A stretch of DNA of 64,000 nucleotides, from the NCBI GenBank assembly GCA_964470105.1, contig CAYXZI010000002.1, positions 8,644-72,643 of the forward strand. Direction: 5' to 3'. A program made the position numbers and the translations under genes. Below the pieces are notes generated by a model. It had not been told where the DNA came from. It did not search any database and worked only from the letters and a program-made list of their open reading frames with translations. This DNA comes from an uncultured Candidatus Saccharibacteria bacterium (GTDB lineage Bacteria > Patescibacteriota > Minisyncoccia > Phycocordibacterales > PALSA-1337). Positions 19,916-29,224 of the stretch are shown piece by piece. Every line of letters starts with the position of its first letter. Position 1 is the stretch's first letter.

Positions 19916-21592
19916 TCACATCCTCTCTGGCACCTTAATTCCCAAAATCCATAACCCATTCTTCATGGTTTGCACAAAGACTTTTGTTATAAGCACCCTA
20001 TATGGTGAAAGTGCATCCTTCTCATCCAATATCTGATTATTCGCATAGTATGCATTGAAAGCTGAAGAAAGTTCTGTAAGGTATGTAACGATATAGTGTG
20101 GCGCATACTCTAGTCTTGCTCTTTCTATTATTTCTGGGAAACGTATAAGAGTTTTTTCGAAAGCACTAACGACATCTGGCAGTGTGTTAACTTCCTTATC
20201 ACTAGCCTTATTCACCACTGCCTGTGCTCTTACTGTTGCATATTGTAGATATGGACCTGAATCACCTTCGAATGATAGTGCTTTATTCGGATCATATATA
20301 ATATCTCCACCTATTGATTGGCGAAGTATTATGTATTTTAGTCCTGCTATTGCAATCTGATTATTTATTTCTCCTTTTTCCTTTGATGTAAAATCTCTAT
20401 CTTTAGTCTTATCCTCAACCAAAACCTCAAAGTCCTTTATCAATACTTCAGCCGGTACTACATTCCCTTTTCTTGATGACATCTTTCCTGAAGCTGGTCT
20501 TAAGAGACCATGACTCATGTGTTTTGTTTTCTCCCCTATATTTTTATCTATTTGTTTTAAAGCCTGTAGAACTACTCGAAAATATGCGTCCTGCTCATTT
20601 GCAGTTACGATAATCGACTCATTGAGCTTTGGATATATTTCAAATTTCTTTTTATTCAATCCCAATTCCTTCGCTTCATAAGTCGGTAATCCTTGTGAAT
20701 TGATAAATACTCGAGTATGCTCTCCATACTTCTCTCCAGGGAAAACTATAGCTCCTTCACTTTCTTCAAAGATTCCTTTCTTTAGAAATTCTTTAACAAT
20801 CCTTATACCGTCATCAGCAACTTCTGATTCAAAAAAGAAGTTATTAAATTTTGTTCCTAGCTTTTCATATACTCCATCAAAGTACTCTAGACTTAATTTT
20901 CTTCCTGCTTCATAGATTTTATTTATCTCTGGATCTGATTTTTCAAATATCTTTTTATTTATTTCTACTATCTCGACTTTTGCCTTTTCATCTTCATCAT
21001 ATTTACTTGAACCTAGTACGTACATCTCTCCCAGATATGTTATATCATCCTTATATTTACCATCTTTAACTATTGCCCAAATAGTCTTTGCTACATGCAA
21101 TCCAACATCTCCTTGATAACATGCACGAATGACTTTGGCACCAGATGCTTCCACAATTCTTGAAATTGATTCCCCTATAGTATTTGCCATTAGATGACCT
21201 ATGTGAAAAACCTTAAATGGATTTGGATCTGTGTACTCCACCATTATTTCCTTACCTTTATCCAAATCTATTTTCCCAAAGTTTTCTATATCTTTACTTA
21301 TCTTTAATATTTCATTTGTAAAATATGAATCTTTGATTTTAAAATTAATGAATCCGGGACCTGCGACTTCTATTGCCTTTATATTTTTCAAATCTCTTTC
21401 TTTGCAAAGTTCTACTATTTTCTCAGCCAAAGCTTTTGGATTCACCTTTAAGGTCTTTGCATAGACCATGGCGACGTTACAAGAGAAATCGCCATGATTC
21501 ATATCCTCAGGATGTACAAGCTCTATCTTAGCATCAGAAATACCGACTTTCTCAGTAGCTTCTATTAGTAATTTAGTTATTTCCTTAATCAT
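19916..21592 (-). CDS. argS: Arginyl-tRNA synthetase
   Basis: An N-terminal Arg_tRNA_synt_N domain, a HIGH region EYTDPNPFKVFHIGHL, and a DALR-type C-terminus. Confidence 0.93.
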   Translation of the reverse strand: MIKEITKLLIEATEKVGISDAKIELVHPEDMNHGDFSCNVAMVYAKTLKVNPKALAEKIVELCKERDLKNIKAIEVAGPGFINFKIKDSYFTNEILKISKDIENFGKIDLDKGKEIMVEYTDPNPFKVFHIGHLMANTIGESISRIVEASGAKVIRACYQGDVGLHVAKTIWAIVKDGKYKDDITYLGEMYVLGSSKYDEDEKAKVEIVEINKKIFEKSDPEINKIYEAGRKLSLEYFDGVYEKLGTKFNNFFFESEVADDGIRIVKEFLKKGIFEESEGAIVFPGEKYGEHTRVFINSQGLPTYEAKELGLNKKKFEIYPKLNESIIVTANEQDAYFRVVLQALKQIDKNIGEKTKHMSHGLLRPASGKMSSRKGNVVPAEVLIKDFEVLVEDKTKDRDFTSKEKGEINNQIAIAGLKYIILRQSIGGDIIYDPNKALSFEGDSGPYLQYATVRAQAVVNKASDKEVNTLPDVVSAFEKTLIRFPEIIERARLEYAPHYIVTYLTELSSAFNAYYANNQILDEKDALSPYRVLITKVFVQTMKNGLWILGIKVPERM

Positions 21593-21639
21593 TTATTCAT
21601 TCTAGCATCAAAGGGAGTTTTTAAAAAATATTTGATCTT

Positions 21640-21980
21640 ATCATATTAATATGGTATATTATCTGTAGTCGCTCCTCTTGTGTGTACTCGCTGCCATAGC
21701 GAGTCTTGGATCGACACGGTGATACATACCCAGTCACCGTTCGCCACCCCCTTGCGCAATTCGGCGCAAGGGGGTTTGTCGTATATATTGCATACTTTTA
21801 ATAATCGTGGTACTTTTCTATCAGCCTATCCTTGAATTGATTGTAAACAGAGGCCGGAATGAACGGGCCAACTGTACAAGGTTATAGAGGATAGCCTCAA
21901 TGGGGGTTTGCTCGGATTTGACCCACTGAGACCCTGTACCCTCTCCGCGCTTGGCGGAGAGGGCTTCTCTTTTTTATCTA
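21640..21980 (+). ncRNA. Candidate structured ncRNA locus of unassigned family
   Basis: About 340 nt with no ORF and markedly higher GC than the flanks. There are three perfect hairpins (ACUCGCU-GCCAU-AGCGAGU, ACGGUGA-11 nt-UCACCGU, and an 11-bp CCCCCUUGCGC-AAUUCG-GCGCAAGGGGG). These are followed by a ~110 nt imperfect hairpin (CCUAUCC...GGAUAG) and a strong terminator. All structure is oriented for the plus strand. Confidence 0.3.
21939..21975 (+). terminator. Rho-independent terminator
   Basis: ccctctccgc-gcttg-gcggagaggg, followed by cttctctttttt. Confidence 0.7.
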
Positions 21981-22025
21981 AAAGGATATACCCCTTACTG
22001 CGACATAGGAATGTGGCGAGGAATT

Positions 22026-23225
22026 TTATTTCCTCAAAATCTTATTGATTCTCTCCGCTATCTTTTTCATATCTTTTTCCTTCTTTCCTCTAGTGGTTTC
22101 AGCTGCAGTTCCTAGACGGATACCGGATGGATCGACAGGTGGTCTAGTATCGTAAGGTATAGCATTCTTATTCACAATAATTCCCTCTTTTTCTAATTTA
22201 TCACTAGCCACTTTACCTGATATACCCTTACCATCCATCCAGGTATCAACCAATATTAGATGACTATCTGTGCCACCAGAAATTATTCTCCATCCCATAT
22301 TAGACAACTCAGAAGCAAGAACTTTTGCATTCTTTTTTATTTGTGTTGCATATTTCTTAAAAGCTGGTGATGCTGCCTCCTTTAATGCAACTGCCACAGC
22401 AGCAACCTGATTTAAATGTGGTCCTCCTTGTAGACCTGGAAATACCGCCTTATCAATCAACTCACCTAATGTTTGTTCCTTACCATTTTTATTAACTATC
22501 TTTTTATCGTTTCGTGAGAAAATCATTGCACTACGCGGACCTCGAAGAGTTTTATGGACTGTTGTAGTAACAATATCAGCATATATAAATGGACTTGGAT
22601 ATACTCCACCCGCAACAAGACCCGCAATGTGTGACATATCTATCATTAGAAGTGCACCACAAGCATCTGCAACCTCTCTCAACTTTTTAAAATCAATCTC
22701 TCTAGGATAGGCTGTGTACCCACCAACAATTATTGCTGGTTTTTCTCTTAATGCAATTTCCTTTAATGAATCGTAGTTAAGTACCTCAGTATTCTTATCA
22801 ACTCCATATGGTACTTGCATCCAAAACTTACCTGTTGCTGAGACCTTATATCCGTGTGTTAAATGACCACCCTGATCAAGAGACATTCCCATTATCTTCC
22901 CACCTTGTGGTACGAGCGCTAGGTATACAGCAAGATTCGCGGGTGATCCTGACAAAGCCTGAACATTTACATGCCAATCATTTGACTTAAGTTTAAAAAG
23001 TTTTAGTGCTCTTTCTATAGCCAAGTTTTCAATCTTATCGACTACTTCATTGCCGCCATAATACCTATGTCCCGGATATCCTTCTGCATACTTATTTGTT
23101 AATTCAGAACCCAAAGCTTCAAGCACATCTTTTGAAACAATATTCTCAGATGCAATGAGATTTACAACTGATTTCTGTCTCTTCTTCTCTGCTTCCATTA
23201 GTTTCTTTATTTGTGTATCTTTCAT
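22026..23225 (-). CDS. glyA: Serine hydroxymethyltransferase
   Basis: VVNLIASENIVSKDVLEALGSELTNKYAEGYPGHRYYGGNEVVD, and the PLP-lysine region TTTVHKTLRGPR. Confidence 0.95.
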   Translation of the reverse strand: MKDTQIKKLMEAEKKRQKSVVNLIASENIVSKDVLEALGSELTNKYAEGYPGHRYYGGNEVVDKIENLAIERALKLFKLKSNDWHVNVQALSGSPANLAVYLALVPQGGKIMGMSLDQGGHLTHGYKVSATGKFWMQVPYGVDKNTEVLNYDSLKEIALREKPAIIVGGYTAYPREIDFKKLREVADACGALLMIDMSHIAGLVAGGVYPSPFIYADIVTTTVHKTLRGPRSAMIFSRNDKKIVNKNGKEQTLGELIDKAVFPGLQGGPHLNQVAAVAVALKEAASPAFKKYATQIKKNAKVLASELSNMGWRIISGGTDSHLILVDTWMDGKGISGKVASDKLEKEGIIVNKNAIPYDTRPPVDPSGIRLGTAAETTRGKKEKDMKKIAERINKILRK

Positions 23226-23325
23226 GGGATTATTGATTATGGGAATAATGATTAAATATTATCACTTTAGGTATATATATCAAAAAGATTTTGGGTTATG
23301 AAACAGAAAGTGATTTAGTGCAATA

Positions 23326-24057
23326 TTGCACATTGAAAATCAAGTAATACAATTAGGAATGGATGGTTCAATTTTCGAAATTATGAGCTCGAGAAAAAAG
23401 AGGGTGAGTGAATTGGACCGAATCCTCAAATTCGTTCAGTTTACAATATCCTTTCAACAGATCCAGAGGATGGTTCGGGCAACGGGCGAACATCGGTGGG
23501 AGAATGACGCTGAACACTCCTATCAATTAGCAATCGTTGCTTGGTACATCATTAACAGCAAAAACCTGTCTTTAGATTTGGGCAAAGTGCTGAAATATGC
23601 CATTGTCCACGATCTTCCGGAACTATTTGCTGGTGATGCGTGTGCTTTCATTGACAGCGCCGCGGTGATGGATGGTAAACATGCAAGAGAGATGGCTGCT
23701 ATCCAGAAACTCCGGGCTGAACTCCCTGAGTTTTCAGAACTTCACGAAGCCCTGCTCAAGTATGAAAGTAGAACTGATCCTGAGGCGAAGTTTGTTTACG
23801 CCCTAGACAAGGTACTTCCCATGTACGTCATTCTTCTTGACGAAGGAAAAACCTGGAGACAGTTCAACACAGGGTTCGACACAATGCTTGGGGAGAAGGC
23901 AGGCAAAATACGCAAATGCCCCCATAGTTCAAAGCTGCTAGATTCAATCCTGGCAGAATTGAACGCACGGCAGGGTGAACTCTTTCCACCCAAGGCGCCA
24001 CCACTTGATACGGAAGATATCATTCGTGTGCCACAGCGAGTATTCGCTGCTGCATAA
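23326..24057 (+). CDS. HD-domain phosphohydrolase (YfbR-like 5'-deoxynucleotidase)
   Basis: ENDAEHSYQLAIVAW ... AIVHDLPELFAGD (HD motif). GC is about 46%, higher than the roughly 33-35% background. Confidence 0.65.
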   Translation: MHIENQVIQLGMDGSIFEIMSSRKKRVSELDRILKFVQFTISFQQIQRMVRATGEHRWENDAEHSYQLAIVAWYIINSKNLSLDLGKVLKYAIVHDLPELFAGDACAFIDSAAVMDGKHAREMAAIQKLRAELPEFSELHEALLKYESRTDPEAKFVYALDKVLPMYVILLDEGKTWRQFNTGFDTMLGEKAGKIRKCPHSSKLLDSILAELNARQGELFPPKAPPLDTEDIIRVPQRVFAAA

Positions 24058-24087
24058 TACACTGGCCGTACCCTATCGGAGGGACGG

Positions 24088-24552
24088 CTAGATTTTTTCT
24101 ACCCTAAACCCTGGCAGCATTTTCTGATTCTCATCAAATGAGAAATATCCTTTTACCTTCTCTCCTTTTATCGCTCTTGGTAACCAATTTGGATCATCTT
24201 CCCACATTTTGTCGAATGGTAAGTTTGTCTTCTTATACCACTGTGGTTTCATCTCTTCGGACTCAGTTGGTTCCCCTTCCCACTTTGATATGAAATATAC
24301 ATTTACTTCTTGATTCCACTCTGGTTTATTTACAAAAATAAATTCTAGCATTGCAACCGTTTCCATATCTTCCTTCTTCACCTTAACCCCTATCTCTTCC
24401 TCAATCTCCCGTATTGCAGCATCCTCTACACTTTCATTTTCCTTCACTTTTCCTCCAACACCATTCCATCTACCAATACCAAATCCTCTCTTCTTCATGG
24501 CTAAAAGTATTTCATCTTCCCTTATTAAAAAGCATAAATTTGTCTTTTTCAT
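24088..24552 (-). CDS. Nudix hydrolase (MutT-like)
   Basis: Nudix box GGKVKENESVEDAAIREIEEEIGV. I chose the start at MKKTNL; the track ORF extends to 24603 and would overlap dut. Confidence 0.8.
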   Translation of the reverse strand: MKKTNLCFLIREDEILLAMKKRGFGIGRWNGVGGKVKENESVEDAAIREIEEEIGVKVKKEDMETVAMLEFIFVNKPEWNQEVNVYFISKWEGEPTESEEMKPQWYKKTNLPFDKMWEDDPNWLPRAIKGEKVKGYFSFDENQKMLPGFRVEKI

Positions 24553-24553
24553 A

Positions 24554-24979
24554 CTATTGTTTACCAGTACTACCAAATCTCCCTTCTCCTCTTGAAGAAT
24601 CACTTAATTCTTTTACTTCTTCAAACTGAGCTATGGCAACAGGGATGATTACAAGTTGTGCTAGTTTATCTCCTTTTTTTATATGATACGATTCCTGTCC
24701 GAGATTTATTAGATTCACATTATATTCCCCTCTGTATCCAGCATCAAAAACTCCTCCCATACTGTGTATGCCTGCATTCTTAGGTAGGCTTCCTTTGTCT
24801 TTAACTATGGCGGCATATCCATGATCAAACTCAAGTGCAAAACCAGTAAAGAATATTTTTCTCTCCCCTGGTTTCAGTTCATAATCCTCTAAAGAATACA
24901 TATCTAATCCCACATCTCCTGGATGTGCATAACTTGGAAGTTTTGCATCTTCTTTTAATTTCTTTATTTTTACCTTCAT
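24554..24979 (-). CDS. dut: dUTP diphosphatase
   Basis: AHPGDVGLDMYS, GLALEFDHGYAAIVKDKGS and RGEGRFGSTG are dUTPase motifs. The likely start is MKVKIKKL. Confidence 0.9.
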   Translation of the reverse strand: MKVKIKKLKEDAKLPSYAHPGDVGLDMYSLEDYELKPGERKIFFTGFALEFDHGYAAIVKDKGSLPKNAGIHSMGGVFDAGYRGEYNVNLINLGQESYHIKKGDKLAQLVIIPVAIAQFEEVKELSDSSRGEGRFGSTGKQ

Positions 24980-25004
24980 ATATCGTATATGATACAATAT
25001 TAAT

Positions 25005-25916
25005 ATGAAACCATACAATGAAAGAACACCCGATACTCAGTATCGAGATATATTAAAAAAGATATTGGATCATGGTACTAAAAGTATTACACCCCAAGGT
25101 ACTGATGCCATTAGTCTTATGGCACCAGGTTCTATGCATTTTAAGTTGAACAATGGATACCCTTTAATTACAGAAAGAAATATGGCTCCAAATATTTCAG
25201 AGAGACTACCTGTCACTATATGGCAGCAAGCTGTTGGTGAAATATTTGCATTCATAAATGGTGCAAGAACTCAGGAAGAACTATTAAAATTTGGATGTAC
25301 TTGGTGGTCATCTTGGGTCACCGAAGAGAAGTGTAAGAAGCGTGGACTTGAGACTGGAGATCTCGGCCCAGGATCATATGGAGCGGCTTTTCATGATTTC
25401 CCTACATCAGAAGGAACAACGTACAATCAATTCCAAAATATTATCGAGCAAATGAAAGAATTACCTCATCTTAAAACTCATTTCATTTCTCCTTGGATAC
25501 CACAGTATATTATTAGAGGTAAAGGTAAACAACAGAAAGTTGTTGTTGCTCCATGTCATGGTTGGTTACACTTTAGAATACTTGATAACAAGCTAACTAT
25601 GCATATGATACAGAGATCTGGTGACTTTCCTGTTGGTGTTCCATCTAATATGGCACAGTACGGGGCTTTAGCACTAGCTATTGCACAAGTTCTTGGAATC
25701 GAAGCTGATGAATATATTCATACCGTTTCTGATGCACATATATTCGTAGATCAAATACCAGCTGTTGAGACCATGCTATCACGTGAACCTAAGGCATTCC
25801 CTACCCTTACTGTAAACAAGGACAAGATGAATATATTCGATTTTAGAAAAGAAGACTTTACTCTTTCTGACTACAATCCTCATCCAGGAATTAAGGGTAT
25901 ACCAGTAGCGATATAG
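25005..25916 (+). CDS. thyA: Thymidylate synthase (ThyA type)
   Basis: Active-site segment VVAPCHGWLHFRI..QRSGDFPVGVPSNMAQYGAL and the C-terminus DYNPHPGIKGIPVAI. Confidence 0.93.
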   Translation: MKPYNERTPDTQYRDILKKILDHGTKSITPQGTDAISLMAPGSMHFKLNNGYPLITERNMAPNISERLPVTIWQQAVGEIFAFINGARTQEELLKFGCTWWSSWVTEEKCKKRGLETGDLGPGSYGAAFHDFPTSEGTTYNQFQNIIEQMKELPHLKTHFISPWIPQYIIRGKGKQQKVVVAPCHGWLHFRILDNKLTMHMIQRSGDFPVGVPSNMAQYGALALAIAQVLGIEADEYIHTVSDAHIFVDQIPAVETMLSREPKAFPTLTVNKDKMNIFDFRKEDFTLSDYNPHPGIKGIPVAI

Positions 25917-25918
25917 AT

Positions 25919-26386
25919 ATGGCAAAAGAATTTGTACATGTAGAGAATAGCAGGCAAGAATATCAGAAAAAAGTAATGCTTGAAATTGCTGCGAACAAGC
26001 ATTGTCCTTTTTGTACGGAACATTTAGAAAAGTATCACAAAAATCCAATTATTAAAAAGGGTAAATTTTGGACTCTCACAGACAATCAGTGGCCATATGA
26101 GAAAGTGAAGCATCAACTACTGGCAATATACAACACTCATATCGAACATTTAAATGATATGGATAACGAGGCAGGTGCTGAACTTATTCAAATGTTTAAA
26201 GACGAATCAATTAAAAGAAATATTCCTGGTGGTGGTATTGCAATTAGATTTGGAAGCAATCCAGAACATGGAACTTATGGTAATTCCGTATTTCATATTC
26301 ATGCGCACATGATTGAACCTGATCTAGCCAAACTTGAATCTGAGGAGTCGTGGAAATTTAGTTTTGGTAAGGGAAAGAAGAGGTAG
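25919..26386 (+). CDS. HIT-family nucleotide hydrolase
   Basis: Zinc motif HCPFC and the histidine triad FHIHAHMI. Confidence 0.8.
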   Translation: MAKEFVHVENSRQEYQKKVMLEIAANKHCPFCTEHLEKYHKNPIIKKGKFWTLTDNQWPYEKVKHQLLAIYNTHIEHLNDMDNEAGAELIQMFKDESIKRNIPGGGIAIRFGSNPEHGTYGNSVFHIHAHMIEPDLAKLESEESWKFSFGKGKKR

Positions 26387-26438
26387 ATAGTACAAATGGC
26401 GCCACGTCAGTAGCGCCATTTTGATTTCCTTTAGGGTT

Positions 26439-27056
26439 TCAGGAACTCTTAGTTACAGGCGGTGCGAGTTTGTCGCGCACCAAGTCTTGCTCCTCCGGTG
26501 TGAGTTCGTCGAAGCCGGATTCAACCCCCATGGCTGCTTCTGCATGGCGCATCTTCTCGAAGATACGGAGGATTGGGAGTTTCTTCTCAAGATCCGCTTG
26601 GGACTTGGCAATGGTCACCTCCACACGGTCGATGCCAGTGGGAACCTGATAGTTGACATGGAGGTGTGGGACGCTCTTGGCATTTCGAGCGGGGTCGCCG
26701 GAGCGGACGACGTACACTCCACCCTTGATGTCGTAGGTGCAATCAATCCACTTAATTGCCTCAAGGAGATGGACTGCCTCCATACCTTGCAAATCCCCGA
26801 AACGCTCAACGTGGCACTTGCTTGGTATGATGAACTGGTAGTCTTGGCCAGATCGCGGAGCGACCTTGTTCATCCAGACTCTCCAGCTTGGGTTCTCGAA
26901 GAGAACCTCGTTGACCGTAGGATCGATGGTGCAGAATGGACAGACTCCATTTCGAAGATCCTCGACCTTCCTGCAGTAGTATTCGTAGTTGCTGACGTTG
27001 AATAGCTGCCAGATTTGATCATCTGGCACCCTCAAGACATGGAATTCTGGGTACAT
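26439..27056 (-). CDS. HIT-like protein with a variant triad, GC-rich
   Basis: CPFCT and PHLHVNY (H-x-H-x-N). About 55% GC against the ~33% background. Confidence 0.55.
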   Translation of the reverse strand: MYPEFHVLRVPDDQIWQLFNVSNYEYYCRKVEDLRNGVCPFCTIDPTVNEVLFENPSWRVWMNKVAPRSGQDYQFIIPSKCHVERFGDLQGMEAVHLLEAIKWIDCTYDIKGGVYVVRSGDPARNAKSVPHLHVNYQVPTGIDRVEVTIAKSQADLEKKLPILRIFEKMRHAEAAMGVESGFDELTPEEQDLVRDKLAPPVTKSS

Positions 27057-27140
27057 AGCACTGAAACGTTACAGTTATTGATGTGAGGGACAAATGTCCA
27101 AACGAACATTATCATACACCCATACAAACTTCAATCATAT

Positions 27141-27980
27141 CTACTCACCTTCCACAAAGATAATCTCCACCCCCATACTCTTCAATATCCTTTCTGCATC
27201 TAGTACACCATATCCTCCACGATAATATAGTTTTTTTATGCCGGCGTATGCTATCTGCTTTGCACATGGTGGACATGGAAAAGTTGTTACATACATCGAT
27301 GTACCTTCAAGGGATATACCTTTTTGCGCAGCTTCTGCTACTAATCCAGCCTCAGAATGAAGTGCTGTAGAAAGCTCAAGGTTAACACCCTTATGAAAAT
27401 CACTTCTTGGATCCCCATCAACATAAGGCATTTGCTCTACTGGTACGTGTCTATTGTGGGCCATCAGTACAATCTTTTTATTCTTCACCACTGCAGAAGC
27501 AATACCCCTCCAGAAGTCAGCGCTCTTCTTTGCCTCCCCTTTCAACATTGAAATTATTTCCTTATCAAACTTATCTTTTGAAATCTTCTGATCTATTTCA
27601 ACTGCCTGCTCTGCTGTTGATTTATGTTTATCCCACCTTAGGAAAATTGAATCGAATTCAATCTTTTTAATTTTAGGAAAATACTCATTCTGTAATTCAT
27701 GCATTATATCCTCATCTGGCATGACAATACTCTCTTTTATTGTATTTAGATTTTTAAGAAAGTTTATATCAACGACTTCGATAGAAGAAAAGATATTCCA
27801 GGTTTCAAGAGATTTTTTAATTAATTCTACAGGTAGAGCTCGTATATCTTTTACCAAAGGCACAAACTTTTCTTTTACCTCATCGCCTAATAGCATAAGC
27901 TTTGCACCTTTGTTTTTCTCAAAAAATCTCCTATATCCTTCATGGAGAACTGGTACATAGGCTATTACCACTTTCTTCAT
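27141..27980 (-). CDS. dCMP/cytidine deaminase domain protein with an N-terminal domain of about 135 aa of unknown function
   Basis: The C-terminal half carries HSEAG...TTFPCPPCAKQIAYAGI (H-x-E ... PCxxC zinc deaminase). The N-terminal half has no recognisable motif. Confidence 0.72.
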   Translation of the reverse strand: MKKVVIAYVPVLHEGYRRFFEKNKGAKLMLLGDEVKEKFVPLVKDIRALPVELIKKSLETWNIFSSIEVVDINFLKNLNTIKESIVMPDEDIMHELQNEYFPKIKKIEFDSIFLRWDKHKSTAEQAVEIDQKISKDKFDKEIISMLKGEAKKSADFWRGIASAVVKNKKIVLMAHNRHVPVEQMPYVDGDPRSDFHKGVNLELSTALHSEAGLVAEAAQKGISLEGTSMYVTTFPCPPCAKQIAYAGIKKLYYRGGYGVLDAERILKSMGVEIIFVEGE

Positions 27981-27981
27981 A

Positions 27982-28602
27982 CTATTTTTTAGTCTTAACC
28001 CCAGTTAGGGTTTCACTTATCATATCAGTTAGTCTTGGGATTATAGCTTTCTCAAACTTCTTTGCTATTTTAAGCTGCATAAGACGGATCTTTGCACTTG
28101 TTGAAGTCGTAGCCATAGGGTTTAGTATTACCACCTTTCCACATAGCGCAGAAAGTTCTTTCATCTCTGCCTTTGTATACTTTGCGTGTATTTCTTTTGT
28201 CATTATTAAAACATCAGGTTTTACTGCCTTTATCAAATGCCACCTTGGTGCATTATGTTCTTTCAAAGTTACAATATCCACTGAGCGTAGATGAGCAACC
28301 ATTTCCAATCTCTCCTCCTGTGGCACTATTGGACGATCTGGACCCTTTCTAGCTCTCACCTTCTTATCACTATCCACTCCTACAACCAGTAGGTCACCAT
28401 GTTTTTTTGCTTCTTCAAAGTATCTTGAGTGGCCAATATGTACCATATCGTACGTTCCCTGAGTGAGTACAATTTTTAGACCCAAACCCTTACAATGTGA
28501 AATTGTTTTTTCAAGTATTTTAAAATCTTGAATGAATCTATCCTTAAAGTTTGATCCTAGACCGAAAATTCCTCCGTTTGTAATTAATCCTTTTGGTTTC
28601 AT
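27982..28602 (-). CDS. Cytidylyltransferase-like nucleotidyltransferase with the HxGH motif
   Basis: GTYDMVHIGHSRYFEEAKKHGDLLVVGVDSD (TagD/RfaE-II-like), with a C-terminal extension. Confidence 0.6.
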   Translation of the reverse strand: MKPKGLITNGGIFGLGSNFKDRFIQDFKILEKTISHCKGLGLKIVLTQGTYDMVHIGHSRYFEEAKKHGDLLVVGVDSDKKVRARKGPDRPIVPQEERLEMVAHLRSVDIVTLKEHNAPRWHLIKAVKPDVLIMTKEIHAKYTKAEMKELSALCGKVVILNPMATTSTSAKIRLMQLKIAKKFEKAIIPRLTDMISETLTGVKTKK

Positions 28603-28657
28603 AATTTTTATTATACACTCAATTTATCACTTATCAGAATATGATACAATATTGACT

Positions 28658-29182
28658 ATGATAAAAGTCTTCATTATTGCAGCAATGTCAGCAGATGGGT
28701 TTATTGCAAAGGACAGCCAGCATAGTCCTATGTATTGGAGTAGCAAGGTGGATAAAAAAAGATTTGTTGAACTTACAAAAAGAGCTGGCGTTGTAGTTAT
28801 GGGTTCTTCTACCTACAAGACCATAGGTCAACCACTTAAGGAACGGGTAAATATCGTATATTCAAAGAATCAAACTTTTGAAGGTGTTCAAATGACACAG
28901 GATAGCCCTATTGAATTGATTCAGAAACTAGAGGAAAAAGGTCACAAAGAAGTAGCTATTTGTGGCGGTACCCACATATACACAATGTTTATGAAGTCAG
29001 GACTTGTAGATACCCTCTATCTAACAATTGAACCTGTATTCTTTGGCAAAGGTATGAATCTTTTTAATGAAGACTTACACTATTCTCTCAAGCTCATATC
29101 TTCACAGACCTCAGAGGCTACAGGTACTTTATTACTTGAATACAAAGTGGACTATACTGGTACTCCGAAATTGAAGGATTAG
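28658..29182 (+). CDS. Dihydrofolate-reductase-family protein (DHFR/RibD C-terminal-like)
   Basis: MIKVFIIAAMSADGFIAK...VVVMGSSTYKTIGQPLKERVNIVYSKN. The track ORF starts at 28532, but the internal Met at 28658 fits the DHFR N-terminus. Confidence 0.68.
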   Translation: MIKVFIIAAMSADGFIAKDSQHSPMYWSSKVDKKRFVELTKRAGVVVMGSSTYKTIGQPLKERVNIVYSKNQTFEGVQMTQDSPIELIQKLEEKGHKEVAICGGTHIYTMFMKSGLVDTLYLTIEPVFFGKGMNLFNEDLHYSLKLISSQTSEATGTLLLEYKVDYTGTPKLKD

Positions 29183-29186
29183 AAAA

Positions 29187-29218
29187 AGCGAGGACATATT
29201 CCCCGCTTTTTCTATACC
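29187..29218. terminator. Bidirectional terminator-like hairpin between the DHFR-family gene and rplK
   Basis: aaaaagcgagg-acatattc-cccgcttttt, an imperfect stem flanked by an A-run and a T-run. Confidence 0.45.
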
Positions 29219-29224
29219 CTTTCT

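Noticed and set aside
21640-21980. tmRNA, RNase P RNA, SRP RNA or T-box identity for the GC-rich argS-glyA intergenic locus
   Set aside because: None of the hallmark motifs could be found on either strand: no tRNA-like GGUUCGAUUCC...ACCA end for tmRNA, no P4 AGGAAAGUCCGG / ACAGAANCCGGCUUA for RNase P, no GGAA...AGCA helix-8 motif for SRP. A T-box upstream of argS is excluded because the hairpins and terminator are oriented for the opposite (plus) strand.
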